From Octopus vulgaris (lineage: Eukaryota), in the NCBI GenBank assembly GCA_951406725.2, contig OX597819.1, forward strand, positions 86,056,001 through 86,120,000: a stretch of DNA of 64,000 nt. The letters are read 5' to 3'. A model generated the notes under the pieces. It did not search any database and was not told the DNA's origin. It saw nothing but the letters and a program-made list of their open reading frames with translations. This document shows positions 1 through 18,600 of this stretch, piece by piece (positions within the stretch are counted from its first letter, which is position 1; each line of letters starts with the position of its first letter). The translations under genes were made by a program, and so were the position numbers.

Positions 1-1455
1 TAAATATTACATTTGAAAATGTGGAGGCGGAAAAGAAGAATGACCAAGTGATAGAAGGAAATAGTTGGACTCTCATTCCCGACAAACCAGGAAAAAAGTT
101 GGGGAAAATTAGAGTTGGAAGAATCCCACCCATAATAGAGCCCGAATGGGTAATAGTGGGAATCTTCGGAGAGAACTTGAAGAAAAGAAGTACAAAGTTA
201 AACGTTCTAACAGTGAGTAAATCACAATGTTTGAATTTTTGAGGTTATGAAATTGAAGCAATTTGCGCTATAACCGAAGAATACTATCAGGAAATACCGG
301 AAACGGTAGAATTACCGACTGGTGAAAAGTTGGTGATTGTGCTACAGGGAAGACCCCCAAAATGCTACTTGTGTGGCATAAGGGAGCATATGCGAAGGAA
401 ATGCCCGAATACAGAAGTAGAAAAAAGGTTGGAAACAACAGTGGAAGAAAAAGCAGCCGATGAATAGAAGATGGAGAACAATAATAGAACGAATATGGTG
501 AAGAGAAGGAAGAGAAAACGTAAAAAGTCGCCAACTTTGGAAGAAGCTAAAAAGAGTAAAGGAGCGGCAGAGAATTTAACTTTTCAGAACGGTAACCCCG
601 AGGAGCCAACTATGGAAGAGAGAGAGAGATGAAACTGCAAAACGAAGATGAAACAGCGAGAAAATTTAGAGTTATGTGAGCCAAAAGATAGATAACAGAT
701 GGGAGAGACGCATTTGAAAAAGTCACCAACTTTAGAAGAAACGGAAAAAAAGTAGTGGAATGGCAGAGAATATAACAGACCAGGACGGTAACACTGAAAG
801 AATATATATGGACGATATGTTGAGAGCGATGAACCTGCAACGCGAAGAAGTGTGGCAGTGGTTTAGGCTCAAAGAAAAAGAACATGGAAGAGAGGTATTT
901 GCAGTCGGGAGAAAATTCAGATTACACAAACGGAGACGATCGAAGCAGTGGTCTCGAGAAGAGAAACACAAGAAAAGAAAGAGAACGAGGGGGAAAGAGA
1001 AATGTAACAATAATAAATGTGGAACAAAAACGTAGACGGTAAGTATAATTATGAGAGTAACGCAACTAATTGTTAAAAAAAATATATATAAATTGAACTG
1101 CAAATGAACTGAGAATTGAACTTGTGTTGTTTGTCTGTGAAATTTAATATGTAAAAAAAAAGGAAAATGTAAAGCTGGAAAAAAAGATAAAATAGAAAAG
1201 GAAAATACAAAGGCTAATGTGAACAATTAATGATAAAGTTTACGATATTGATAAAGGAGACCATCGCGGTTTCGCCTCACAGTGAGACCCGATGGTATTG
1301 AGAATTAATGAAAAAATTCTCTGTTCGTTTCACAGCTTCATTCCCATCAATTATTAATCACTCCATCAATCATACATCATTTGTTTTATGTTCCCGTTTT
1401 GTCTTGTTTTGTCCCCTCTATGTAATCAGGCCATTGTGTCTATAATAAAGAGAAA
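1..1455 (+). mobile_element. Degenerate non-LTR retrotransposon ORF1 (L1/Tx1-like) with CCHC knuckle and 3' tail
   Basis: The frame of ORF 21-242 continues past TGA into ...LQGRPPKCYLCGIREHMRRKCP (CX2CX4HX4C at 363-404), then an E/K-rich tail and a T-rich 3' region ending AATAAAGAGAAA. Confidence 0.65.
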
Positions 1456-1467
1456 CGGATACGCTAC

Positions 1468-1513
1468 CCTGAACTGATGATGGGCAATACCCAGAATCAT
1501 GCATGTATTCAGG
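1468..1513 (+). ncRNA. Minimal hammerhead motif with a core mutation (GAAT instead of GAAA)
   Basis: CCTGAA-CTGATGA-TGGG/CCCA stem II-GAAT-CATGCATG-TA-TTCAGG. Stem I is a perfect 6 bp. Confidence 0.7.
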
Positions 1514-1733
1514 TTGCTGTTCCTAGCTGGTGGGGACGCTTGCCTCCACTTTGCGAATATAAGGACACAGAAAATGTGTCAAAGCCGACAGGAAGCGTCG
1601 ATGCTTCCTAGGGCTATATAGCGTTGTTGTAATTCCCTCTACGGGACTGTCACGTTTTGTTGACTTTATACAACCACTTTATCGCTCCACCACCGCTCAT
1701 GTCTCGTTCAGACACTTAGAAATTCATTATTTC

Positions 1734-1908
<175 letters not shown>

Positions 1909-2932
1909 GACTATAATAATAGTGTATATTTATCTCTGCATAGATTTCATCGCCTCAAATTACCTGTCAGTATGAGCTGCCAGGAAAGTCTCTACGTTAT
2001 TGTCTATCCACTAGATGTAACACCCACATTTTTCTCAACGTATTCTCTGTGATATTTGTAGCTGAATTATTTTAAAAACATACCTCTGCATCATAACTCA
2101 GTCCATTTGATGTTGATATGTAGCTTCTTTTCAAAGACGAATCAATGTGAAAATTTTGTTATGGATTTTGTGTTATTCTACAGATTTAATTTCGTTCCTT
2201 TCCCCGTATGGCACACATGTCTTAATTTAGTGGAGGTTAGATGTAAGTCATTTACCTTACGTTACACTAAAACCAATTTTACAATAAAAAAAAAGTTTCT
2301 TGGAAACCAATCTTTGTACCGAGTTCAATGAAAATAAGGAAACGTGATAGTGATATCACCTGCTTTATCAACTCTATCAATTTGTATATAATTGTGAGAA
2401 AACTTTATCAATCAATGCATGTATACTGAATTCTCTCACAGTAGGGGTGTTATAGCAAAGTTAAGATATTTCTTCATCTAAGGTATGTTTGAAATGATAA
2501 CACGTTACACTAAGCTAAATAGCTAGCGACGATGTTGTCAAAATTGCATTTCTGGCAAAGAATTAAATATATGCTATGCAGGTATTTTACGAATTGTAGA
2601 GAACATGATTTGCGTTCCTTTGGATATTTAACTCAATCTTCAAATGTAAATCCATTATGAATTAGTGACAGTTAACGGAAGTGAATAAATGCAAAAATTA
2701 ACCATCGTAAAATTTAATAAACGTCCTTTTTATAATAGCTTAGTTTTTTGTATATTATCCTTTAGCGCCGGATAGCATCTTCGAAATGGAGTTAAAAATA
2801 AAATATATTTCTACAGTAATTTACGGAAAAAAAAGAAAAGAAATCCAACACGTGAATGCCTAAGTGGATACTGGTGTAAACTATCATGCCTGTTGAGATA
2901 CTCTGTAGGCGCAAGAAGACTGCACTTGGGGA

Positions 2933-2933
<1 letters not shown>

Positions 2934-3004
<71 letters not shown>
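2934..3004. repeat. (ATT)n microsatellite, the Dong tail or target
   Basis: Perfect trinucleotide run. Confidence 0.95.
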
Positions 3005-3006
<2 letters not shown>

Positions 3007-4030
3007 TATGTTTGACTTTTGCTTTATATTTGTACAAGTTGGCTCCAAGTCTCACCCAGAGACCTCAAGAGACAACAGGCTGGAAGTTCATGTTGTTGTT
3101 ATGCCTAGTGCGCCATATATTTGGAGTTTTTTTGGCGTTGTACTAGTGAATGTCTAAAAAAAACGAAAATTGTTTGTTTTAACGCACAGTATCCAATATC
3201 GTGATGTTGTTGATTGATTGAAGATGTTGCATGTGCTAGGAGTTTGTATTGTCTGTCAAGTAACAACAAGAACCTCAGACAGGCAGTACTTTATGCAATA
3301 TGCGTGCAGTTCCAAGTGTTGACGATTTTTGCAATACAACTCGATTGTAGGGTATTTCTAAAGTTACCAGTGGTTTCTTCATGTTGGGTGTTATTGAACC
3401 AAATGCTCCGATGCCAATAGGGACAAACTTTATGTTTAACTCTCGTAGCTGCCACATCTTAGCGATCTGAATTCTCAGGTTTCCAAATTTATCAACATTT
3501 TCTCTTTCTTTCATGTTAACATGTTCATCTCCTGGCTCTGCCATTTCGATTATTAGGCACTCTTGTTTTCTCCTCCTAATGGTTACCATATCCGGCCTTC
3601 GGTGCTCTAACACCTTGTTTGTATGGAAGTAAAAATTCCAGAGGATTTTTGCCTTCCCTTTTTCGTCCATTACCCTTTCCGGTATATGTTGGTACCATGC
3701 ATCCGTTATCACGTATCTATACTTCCGGCATAGAAACCAGTGAACAGTCTGCGCTAACTTATCGTGTCTGCGCTTGTACTCTTTCTGCGCAAGCACTAAG
3801 AATATGAGTCACGCTTTCGACCCTCTTCCCACACATTCCGCAGAGGTTCGTTGCACTTGTGTAGTATATATTCCTTTTCCTTATGTTAGTGTTCAACGCC
3901 TGATCCTAGGGAGCAAGATGTTTTTCCAGTGTTTTTTTTTTCTTATGCTACCCTTGCTGAGTCACATCTTTTTGTTCATGAAGCATTTCGTTGTTTTTGT
4001 CTCGGTACTGGATTGCTTGGCATCAAGCGT
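3005..4030 (-). mobile_element. 5'-truncated R4/Dong-clade LINE (CCHC plus restriction-like endonuclease)
   Basis: CGMCGKRVESVTHILSAC, then a frameshift, then YKRRHD...ILWNF...RRPDMV...LIIEM...VPIGIGAFG...LGTARIL. The 3' end abuts (TAA)n at 2934-3004. Confidence 0.85.
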
Positions 4031-5616
4031 CACCACCCAAATTTAGGCAACTCACACATTCTTGTTTTGTAAAGCAAACATGGTTGCTGTAGGGCCACAA
4101 ATTTCACCTTGAAACCCAACATATTTAATAATCCTTTCAATGTTCCCTTTAGAACTGCAAAAACGACGATTTTACAGCAATTTCCAGTTCTTTGAAGTTC
4201 GCATTTTAGGTTCTACTTTTTCTTTCATATTTTCCCAATTTGTTTAACACTCTTTTCTACTAAAACTGCAAGCAAAATCGACAAAGCAACACAGTCTTTT
4301 ACTTTTGATGAGTACAGTATATGAGTGATAATATTCTATTTGTCTTCTAGTTTGAGTTTTATATTCCATTGTACCTTTACATTCTGGTTTTTTTACAGCG
4401 ATAACAACTTTGCAGGTTCTTGAAACCAAATTTTATACAAATTCGCCAATGTGCGATTTCAGCAACTTTTATGTCTCCAGTTCTTGCAATCACATCTCTG
4501 CAATCGGTTAACGTTCAAAGACAGCATATATGGCTGTGTTTAGTTTTTCATTACACATTCTATATTCTTCCGTTGTGTCATATCAATATGCTTCGTTCAT
4601 ATTGCTTGATTCTGCACATCTACGATCAAATCCCATGTCACTTTCTTCAAAATTCATTTATTTCCCAATTGAAATTACTTCCCATTTCAATGTCTTTCAG
4701 CAGTCTAGCCAAATCTGTGTAAATTTTTTTGTTCGTACTTTTGCTTTCTAGCTACGAAAACTTCGTATATTTTCCTTACAGCTAAAATCCCTCCTTTTCG
4801 GCTCTCAAAAACACTTCATCACTAACAGTAGCATACTTTCTCAAATTCTATAACTCTACTTGTGTAGCCTTCTACGCTTATTATTCTACTTCATGCATGT
4901 TTTCTATAGAAATTCAATCTGTCAGCATCTTTTAAATGTATGGTTTTAAACTGATTTTGAAGCACTTAATTAAATCTTTAAAATCCAATTCTTTAAATCA
5001 AATTTAAACCAGTAACTTTAAATAAATTTAACTGGAATTAATTGATTAAATGACATTTAAGCATTTGATTTTAAAACAAAGAAATGTATCTAAATTAAAT
5101 AAATCAATTAATATTGTTTTATTCAAATTAATCGATATTAATTTGCACAATTTACGTTATTTTAAATTGATCTACATAATTTCGATTTATTTGAATTTAA
5201 TTTGTTTTCAACGACCAAATTAATTTTTCCCTTAAATTTAGTCTGAATAGCAATGAAGTCAATTTAGTGGTTTTAAATTGTAGTAGTAGTAGGGGCAAGC
5301 GCCGGAAGAGCGCGTCGCTGTACCTACAATTTGTTGGTGATTCCCTACTACACATGGCGGATGAGCTTCCAACCCATTAGTCTGTTTGGGTAGTCGTTGC
5401 TGATGGGGATTTTATAATAGCAGAGTGAAAAACCCTATCTCAATCTCATTTAGTGGCCTCTTATAACATGCAGATGAAACGTTGGGTCTAGGTTTTGACA
5501 TGCTGGTCGCCACAGAACAGTGAGTTTAAAGAAATTTTGAAATGTTTATGAATATATAAAACGTACACATATTTATTGTTTATTAGATGTTCACAATAAA
5601 ACCGGAAGTGTATATA

Positions 5617-5991
5617 CCCTTTTACTGGTTTCGGTCATTTGAAACAAGTAGCACCGCCTTTAGTGTATCAAATCGACCCCAGGTCTTATTCTTTGTAAGC
5701 CTAGTACTTTTTCTATCGGTCTCTCTTACCGAACCGCTAAGTGACGGGGACGTTAATACACCAGCATCGGTTGTCAAGCGATGTTGGGGAAAAACACAGA
5801 GACACAAACATATACACACACATAGACATACATATATACAGCGGGCTTCTTTCAGTTTCCGTCTAACAAATCCACTTACAAGGATTTGGTCGGACTGAGG
5901 CTATAGTAGAAGACACTTGCTCAAGGTGCCACTGAACCCGGAATCATGTTGGTGGTAAGCAAGCTAATTACCACACAGCCACTCCTGCGCC
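5617..5991 (-). mobile_element. tRNA-derived SINE, family 1 (head GGCGCAGGAGTGGCTGTGTGGT)
   Basis: A/B-box-like head. Shares its body (GACGGAAACTGAAAGAAGCCCG, CTTGACAACCGATGCTGGTG) with copies at 31488, 45867 and 56109. Confidence 0.85.
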
Positions 5992-7325
5992 TTTATAATT
6001 CTTTATCGAGGGTTATAAATATATGTATAAATATGTGAAATCTATGTTGATATTTATGTTTTATATAAACAATGTGATATTTATGTTTTATGAACACCTA
6101 GACTTCTGGTATATCATAATCTCTTTATTTCACAGTAATTTACTGCGTATAAACCTGTTCATCTCTAGTATGTCATATATTCGTAAACTGTTAAATCAGT
6201 TGCCAGGTGCTGTGCAAAACCGTTGTGCATTCATGTGGATCCAACTCGCTGCATGTCCGAGCTTTCATTATACATCTTTTAATGAAATTTGTTTCACATT
6301 CATCATGATTTCCCATGTGTCCATCAGCTTTTGTGGGGAAAAAGATTTTAAATTGATTTTTATGCTTGAACTTTTTTTCTTCTTAGGTCTTTTGATTGAC
6401 CATAAACTTTCAATGAAAATATTTCATCAACAGTCTCTCTTAATTCCTTACATTTTCGCAGACATCCAGTTACTGAATTAAGTTAATAAAAAGTACATTG
6501 TAGTTATAAATAATACAATTCAGTCGACCTAAACAATTTTATTTCTGGAATCACCAAAGAAGTCAATTTTTAATATTGGTTTCAAATTTTGGCACAAGGC
6601 CAGCGATTTTTGCGGGAAACGGTTAGGTCGATTACATCGATCCCAGTATTCAAATGGTATTATTTTATCGAACCTGAAACAATGAAAGGCGAAGATGACA
6701 TCGCCGGAGTTTGAACGCAACGTAGATAAAGAAGTGCCGCTAAACATTTTGGCCGGTATTCTATAGTTTCTGCCAGTTGGTTGCCTTAATTCAGTTTTTG
6801 ATATTAATAATATAATTGAATTATAATATAATTTGGGGGAAAATGAAATTAGTTTCGAAGACATTTTAAGTTCGAGAGTTTTTATTAGGATTTGATAAAA
6901 TTATCAGTTGATATCTTAACCTTTAGAAAATGAAATTTATATGTCCACACAAATATAGGCAGAATAAATATTACTTTATTGAAATGAAATTTTAGATAAT
7001 TACTTTTAAAATGTATAACAACGACAAAATGAGCAAAATTGTTCTCTTTATTGAGAGAAATAGATTTTCCAGGGACGTTTGTGGCAGAAATGAGTTATTA
7101 AATAATCTGAAAGCAATTACATCTTGAATAAGCATAGAATTTAACGCTCTGAAGATGGCAAAAATTGCGTCAATTCTGTTTGTGTTACTAACTCAAATTC
7201 TGTTCATTTATGATCCCAAACATATAACCGCAACTATATAGAAAGATTGAGGATTTGGATATATAATTCTCAAAATCAGTAACTGATAATTTATCTACTT
7301 CTCTACTAGCTTGCCAATCACTTAC

Positions 7326-7446
7326 GTTCATTCGTCGGGACTGCGATAACCGTCCTAGAGATCATTGGTGACTTGCACGATAACTTCATTGTGGACGAGG
7401 CATTTCGCGATTGACATGGTACAGGTCTTGTTATTCCTTTTTCCAT
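7326..7446 (-). other. Candidate first coding exon of an unidentified downstream gene
   Basis: ATG at 7446, then MEKGITRPVPCQSRNASSTMKLSCKSPMISRTVIAVPTNE and a consensus C|GTAAGT donor, within an approximately 900-bp non-repeat island. No recognisable domain. Confidence 0.25.
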
Positions 7447-8416
7447 GCATGGTACGGGTGATTGCTGTTGATGTTGTTGGTACTGTTGCTCCCGTGCCCA
7501 ACCAATTTTTTTTTAGATTTCGTGCACTTGGAGAAGAATTATCTTGTTTTCTATGCCAGTCACCAGATAAGAGATGTTCAATTCTGGTGTGCCTCTTGTA
7601 CCTTTATGTTAATCAATTCTTCCCTTCTGAAGGTTGTTGTTGCACTTTCTTTGGTCCTTCAGTTGTGTATCTCACTCCAAATGTGCAATAGTTTTTATCC
7701 CACAGAGAGGCCCTTGGCATTTTTCGATCTGATCCTTGACTCGATCCAGTCTTCTGCTTTTTGTTTGTTTGTTGAAATACATTTGTATATACTAATTCGT
7801 TTTTGGGTGTGTTTAGAAATACGATTCTGCCAATCTTTATAAAGTGTGCTCTGCTGTCACCAAACATTTTTCTGACTTGTCGACTATTTCCATTCTTCGA
7901 TTCACCTGCGCTTAGCCGTTTCCACATTGTTAGGAAAGAAGAGCGACCGTGTTTTCGTTGTATTAATGTTTGTGATGGTGTTGGGGTGGTGGTGGTAGAT
8001 ATCATACTTGTGTCATTTTCAAATTTATCCTGGTCATTACTGATGCTGCCGCTTCTGCTGCTGTTGTTGCTCTTGTTGTTGTTGCTGCTTGTTGTTGTGT
8101 ACGATGTGTCTCTCGACCAGATCAAGATATGATGACAAAGTTATGTCATAATGGCTGTTCCAACAGTTATCATTTCCCTCAATTTGAGAAGTCATATTTT
8201 TTTGCTTTGAAAAATTAATTATGTATACATAATTCGACCTCAATTAATAGACCTTTCGCCAAACCGGTTCACAGTAAGCAAAGGGAGCTGGTTTATCTAG
8301 TAAAGAGTCCAACAAAAATCCGAATACCAAATGATAAAACAACTTTTAAAGAAAACTTACGGGCCACGAACAAACATTCTCTCTTTCCAAACACAAATAA
8401 TAATAATGATGTTGTT

Positions 8417-9780
<1,364 letters not shown>

Positions 9781-9782
9781 AA

Positions 9783-10624
9783 TATATGAAAGAATGGAGT
9801 TGAACGACGAATTAACAAAATTCCTTTATTTTCGACATATGTTTCGAAGGCTGCATATTCTTAATTGCGAAGGAATAAGGAGTATATTATGCCGCTTTCT
9901 CATGAGGAAAAGCAAGGAACTTATGTCAACATCAAGATGCACAAAAATCTTTTAGATGACTGCTCACACGGAGCCCATAGTGATAATGAGTGTCTCTTTA
10001 AAAAAATTTCTTTATAAGGAGTGACGTCAAAATGGTTGGATGTAGAAGATTCTAGAATGTTCTAAAGGTTCAAGGGTTCAAACGAAGTAGGAGAAGAGAG
10101 GCATAAGAATGGGAAGGTGAAAGGGTGCAGTTCAAATGAACGGTGAATTTTCTTTTGTGAATGAGTGTCTGTGTGTGTGACTATATATAACGGCATTAAT
10201 GTGTGTGTGTGTGTATATGTGTGTGCGTGATTGTGTTTGTGGATGGGTGGGTGTCAGAAAAGAGACAGTGGTGAGGTGAACGGTTTGTGTCTGTGTGTAT
10301 GATTGTGCTTACTATAGATAGAGGGAAAGAGAGAGAAAAAGAGATAGAAAGAGGAGGTCGAGGTATAGGGACAAAAGTAACACATACCTCACTGGCTTGG
10401 GTAGTAGTTCTTTGAAAGTAAAAAGAATGAACCCTTGAGCATTCATCTAAAAGTTCTTTGTGCATCTTGATGTTGACATAAGTTCCTTGTTTTCCTGATG
10501 AGAAAGCGGCATAATATACTCCTTATTCCTTCGCAATTAGGAATATGCAGCCTTCGAAACATATGTCGAAAATAAAGTAATTTTGTTAATTCGTCGTTCA
10601 ACTCCATTCTTTCATATATTTATA
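9783..10624. mobile_element. Penelope-derived element with inverted arms of about 185 bp
   Basis: 9783-9966 is the reverse complement of 10436-10624 with a few mismatches. Both arms carry the hammerhead; the left-arm core is mutated to CTCATGA. Confidence 0.75.
10490..10572 (+). ncRNA. Type I hammerhead motif with intact core (Penelope pLTR-like)
   Basis: TTTTC-CTGATGA-GAAAGCGGCATA...TATGCAGCCTTC-GAAA-CATATG-TC-GAAAA. Palindromic stem III ACATATGT and GUC triplet. Confidence 0.8.
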
Positions 10625-10756
10625 TTTAAAAAAACATTCAAATTTCCACACGAAAGCTCGTAACTTCAAACGTGTCTTTTCTGATGTGAATTTGCTACCC
10701 AGATATCGGTTAACCGAATTATCCTTAACAAGATAATTCATTCAACTACTCAAATA

Positions 10757-10784
10757 TTCATATATATATATATGTGTGTATATA

Positions 10785-10851
<67 letters not shown>

Positions 10852-11230
10852 GTATATATATATATGTATATATATATGTATATATATATATGTATATATA
10901 TATGTATATATATATATGTATATATATGTATGTATATATATATATGTATATATATGTATATATATATATGTATATATATGTATATATATATATATGTATA
11001 TATATGTATGTATATATATATGTATATATATGTATATATATATATGTATACATATATATACATATGTATATATATATATATATGTATATATATATGTATA
11101 TATATATATGTATATATATATATGTGTATATATATATATGTATATATACATATGTATATATATGTATATATGTATGTATATATATATATGTATATATGTA
11201 TATGCATATATATATATGTATATATACATG
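10757..11230. repeat. (TA)n-type microsatellite
   Basis: Directly visible. Confidence 0.97.
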
Positions 11231-12149
11231 TAGAGGTAGGTACGTACATATATGTACGTATATATGCATATGTTTTATTTATTTATTAATTTATTATATG
11301 ACGGAACGCACGCATCCATTTCCAATCAAGATTGTTCTTAATATTAATAATGATGCGCACTCTTAACCTTTTTCTCCCTCTCCCTTTCTCAGCCTTCATT
11401 CTTTTGGCTTTCCTTTTCTTCTACCTTACTGCCTCTCCCTCTCTCTCTCTCTCATTCTTCATTCTTTTCTCTACAACCATTCCCTTTTTTTCTCTCCCTT
11501 TCTCTTACTCCTCCTCCTCCCTCCCGTCGTTGACCCGCGACGAGAACTCTGCTACTGTCTTTCTTCTCCTGGCCACCTTCAAGTAGAGACGGCACATCTG
11601 TTGCTTCCTCACCGTTCTCAAAAAATAGCGTTCGTAAAAAATTTGATCTCGTTTAGCTTAACAGCCCTTCTTGTTTGTATTGCTGTTATTCTCCTTGTCC
11701 TTTCTTTTACTGTTTATATTTTGTACTGTCGTTACTTTCCTGTTTTTGTTAGCATTTTTACCCCTCCGCCAAAAAACCTCAAATTTTATTTAATTTGATT
11801 TTCGCGGGAAGGATTGTTTCATTAAAGTCATGTATCACCTTGTCCTTCGCAATGTGGAGTAGATGAAACAGAGACGACTGAAGAAGGGGAATTTTCCTTG
11901 TTTTGTATGTCTTGTACTCTATTTTTTCGTTGTTTAAGAAAAATGTCCATTTCCATGGTTTTGTGTTTATGTTTTCGTTTCTCATTGTGTTCGACATTTT
12001 TTTTTTGGTGTCCTGTACCCATATATGCATGTATATATACATGTAGAGGTAGGTACGTACATATATGTATGTATATATACATGTCGAGGTAGATACGTAC
12101 ATATATGTATGTATATATGCATGCTTTATTTATTTATTAATTTATTAAT

Positions 12150-12150
<1 letters not shown>
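11225..12150 (+). mobile_element. Non-autonomous repeat (probably Penelope-derived) with direct terminal repeats
   Basis: CATGTAGAGGTAGGTACGTACATATATG...TTTATTTATTAAT at both ends. An inverted relative lies at about 43300-43655. Confidence 0.55.
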
Positions 12151-13035
<885 letters not shown>

Positions 13036-14188
13036 TGCATTTGTAAAAAACCTTTTCGTCCACTGGACTATTTAAGTTCCATAATTTCCAGTTTCTAATA
13101 GCATATTAGTTTTTAGATCATTGGATAGTGTCAACCAACTGGTGTTGCGCGCTGAGCGCAGAGAGAATGTTTTATTCAAATCTATGCAGGAGCATAACAA
13201 TATTGAATTTATTCAGTGAAATTCATGTATGTAGCAAGAGAAGTAACACAGTTAAATATTCTGTATGAATTTTATCTCATATGGAGTATAGGCCTACTAA
13301 ATTATGGAAATTAATAGAACGTTCAGAAAGATGTGTTCTAAATAAACATTTACAGTTCGAAAGTAAATATTAAATACATATTTACTCTTTGACATGATAA
13401 TCTATCAAACGTTAAAGGTGTTGCAAGGTTAGCAAGATACAGTCTGAGAAATTACAGCATTATATAAATCATATGCATTTATGGAGGCCCAAACGTCGCT
13501 CTCCCTCAGAGTGCAAGCTTAGATTCAAGGCAACTGTACTTTCTGACGTGAAATATATTTATTCAGAGCAAATAAAATGCCAATTTTAACTAGTTCAAAA
13601 TTGTTGGATATTGTCCATCATCCCCAAAACATTATTACTCGATATAATTCTGGAAAAATTATAACAGCGTAGAGAGAAATGTTACAGAGGTTATAATGTG
13701 TGCTAGGAAGAGTAGTATATTAAGATATGAAATGGTAGCATTTCAGTACATCTGAGAAGTAATATATTCACACACACGTTCCTGAGAATACTAAGTAAAA
13801 TACGCGCATTCATTGATATATACAGAGAAATATATACGACAATATATCAAGTTGATAGAGAGCCACATTTGAACATACATATCAACTTTTAATTACATAT
13901 ATGCGCGCACACACACACACGCACACACACACATACACGCACATGGATGTGTGTGTGTGCCTGTATGTCTATCCGCCTATAGGAAGAAAATCTACAGCGT
14001 TGATATAAAACCTAAAAGCTACTTTTTGTGTAAAATTTCACGACAAAGACAACTTATTAATCATTCAGGCCTTATTGCACCTACACTCGCACATGCGCAC
14101 GCGCACACACACGCACAGAAACACGCGCGCGCGCACACACAATTGCACTCAGACACAAACAGAGACACACATAGAGATACACACACAA

Positions 14189-14253
<65 letters not shown>

Positions 14254-15290
14254 TATATTAAAATTTTCCTGGCGGCAACAGTACAACTCGCAAAAGTTAA
14301 TAATGTGCTCACAGTGCAGAATGTTGACCTGACGATTTTTTGTTAGTTAATTTTTTTTAATAATAAATAAAGCAGTCGTCATATACAAACGAGTGACTTG
14401 ACAATATCTACCATGTGTTCGCAAATTGTGTTGATGTAATTGCGTACAGACTTAGACACTCTCTCAAGCTTGACGTACCGGAACATTTAGAATGTGACAA
14501 CTGCAGGAAGAGAGAGTTGCACCAACAGTTGAATAGATAGGATCAACGTGGCGTGATGTTTTTTTTTTCTCAGAGATACAACTCTCCTCCTTCCTGGAAT
14601 TGAACTCATGACCTCATGATCATGTACCAATGTATTAGATGCTATTCCATGCTCATCCAGAAACAAAAATTTCTTACAAAGAGGTCTTGATTTGTTTTAT
14701 TTTAATAAGATTGTCGGAAAGTTAATAGGAAGGTGAACAGAAATATATAGTGTTGAGTGACTTGGGACGAAATTGCAATTGGAGTAGAACGTAGAATAGG
14801 GAATTAGAATAAATCAAGTTAATGATGGTGGAAATTGGTTGGCTGAAAAAGTTTCTAGATGCTGAAATTATGCGGCTTTTAAAAAGTTGGTTCAATGTTT
14901 GCTCATAGGGGAATAGGATGTTCTAGCTCTGTGTAACTCACAAATCACACTTTTCTCTTTACCGATATATAAGATCTGGCTATACTGTTCAGATTTATTT
15001 TTCAAATCTTACTTCTAGCTGGTTAATGACGTTTGATTTATTGTATTTCTGTCCATTGGTGAGTGTGTATACAAAATATACCGAAGTTTAAAGCGTTTAT
15101 ACCTAATTCCAGGATTGGAATTATAAATATTGGTGGACTATGGCTTTAATTATATATTTGGAGCCTTGGGGAAAGTGTTATGTTAACGGAGTCCCTTGGG
15201 TTTCTGTATGCATTTATATTAACATTATTTATACTTTAGGAGGCCAGGTTCTAATCTAATTGGGGGAGCAAAGAACTTGTGAGTTTGATG

Positions 15291-15334
<44 letters not shown>

Positions 15335-15899
15335 CTGAACGGTGTGACGTGCAATCTAGGTGTGTCTTCATCTTATGAGACTTTTCCATAAGACTGTTAA
15401 TATTGAAAGAAATCTATGAAGATTTTCTCGTTCGCAGAAATTTAGCACTGCCTGTGATATATGTTTTTATTTAGTCATTTTGGATTTTCCTCGTGTGGAT
15501 GAAAGATTACGAACGAAATTTAACCATCCTTCTGATTTATGGTAAGACAAGTATAAAAGTTGAGGAATTAATCCTAAGTTATTTACATTTTTAATCCTAC
15601 GTTATTTCTCTCTATATATATAAAACTGAGGAATATGTGTCTGTCGCTCTGTCTGTGTGTCTGTATGTGTGCATCACTAAAACTCGAGAACTACCCAACC
15701 GATTTCATTCAAATTTTACACATTCACCACCCTTATACTCGTAGTTTTTTCTTGTATTTATACTGGCATGGCACCCCTACAGAGCGAATACCATTACGAA
15801 CATACTGCCATTCTATACATCTCTCACATAATACTAAGCTGGATTATAATCTCTGAAATAATCTATTTTTATATATATTAAAATACACATTCTGTATAA

Positions 15900-18600
<2,701 letters not shown>

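Noticed and set aside
4040-4900. Coding-like minus-strand stretch next to the Dong element
   Set aside because: Multiple stops in the frames examined and no assignable motif.
6023-6481. 152-aa hydrophobic ORF
   Set aside because: No recognisable domain or exon partners; consistent with chance in T-rich sequence.
13222-13260. Possible phase-1 exon EYLTVLLLLLHT*
   Set aside because: No polypyrimidine tract, very short, and expected by chance in AT-rich DNA.
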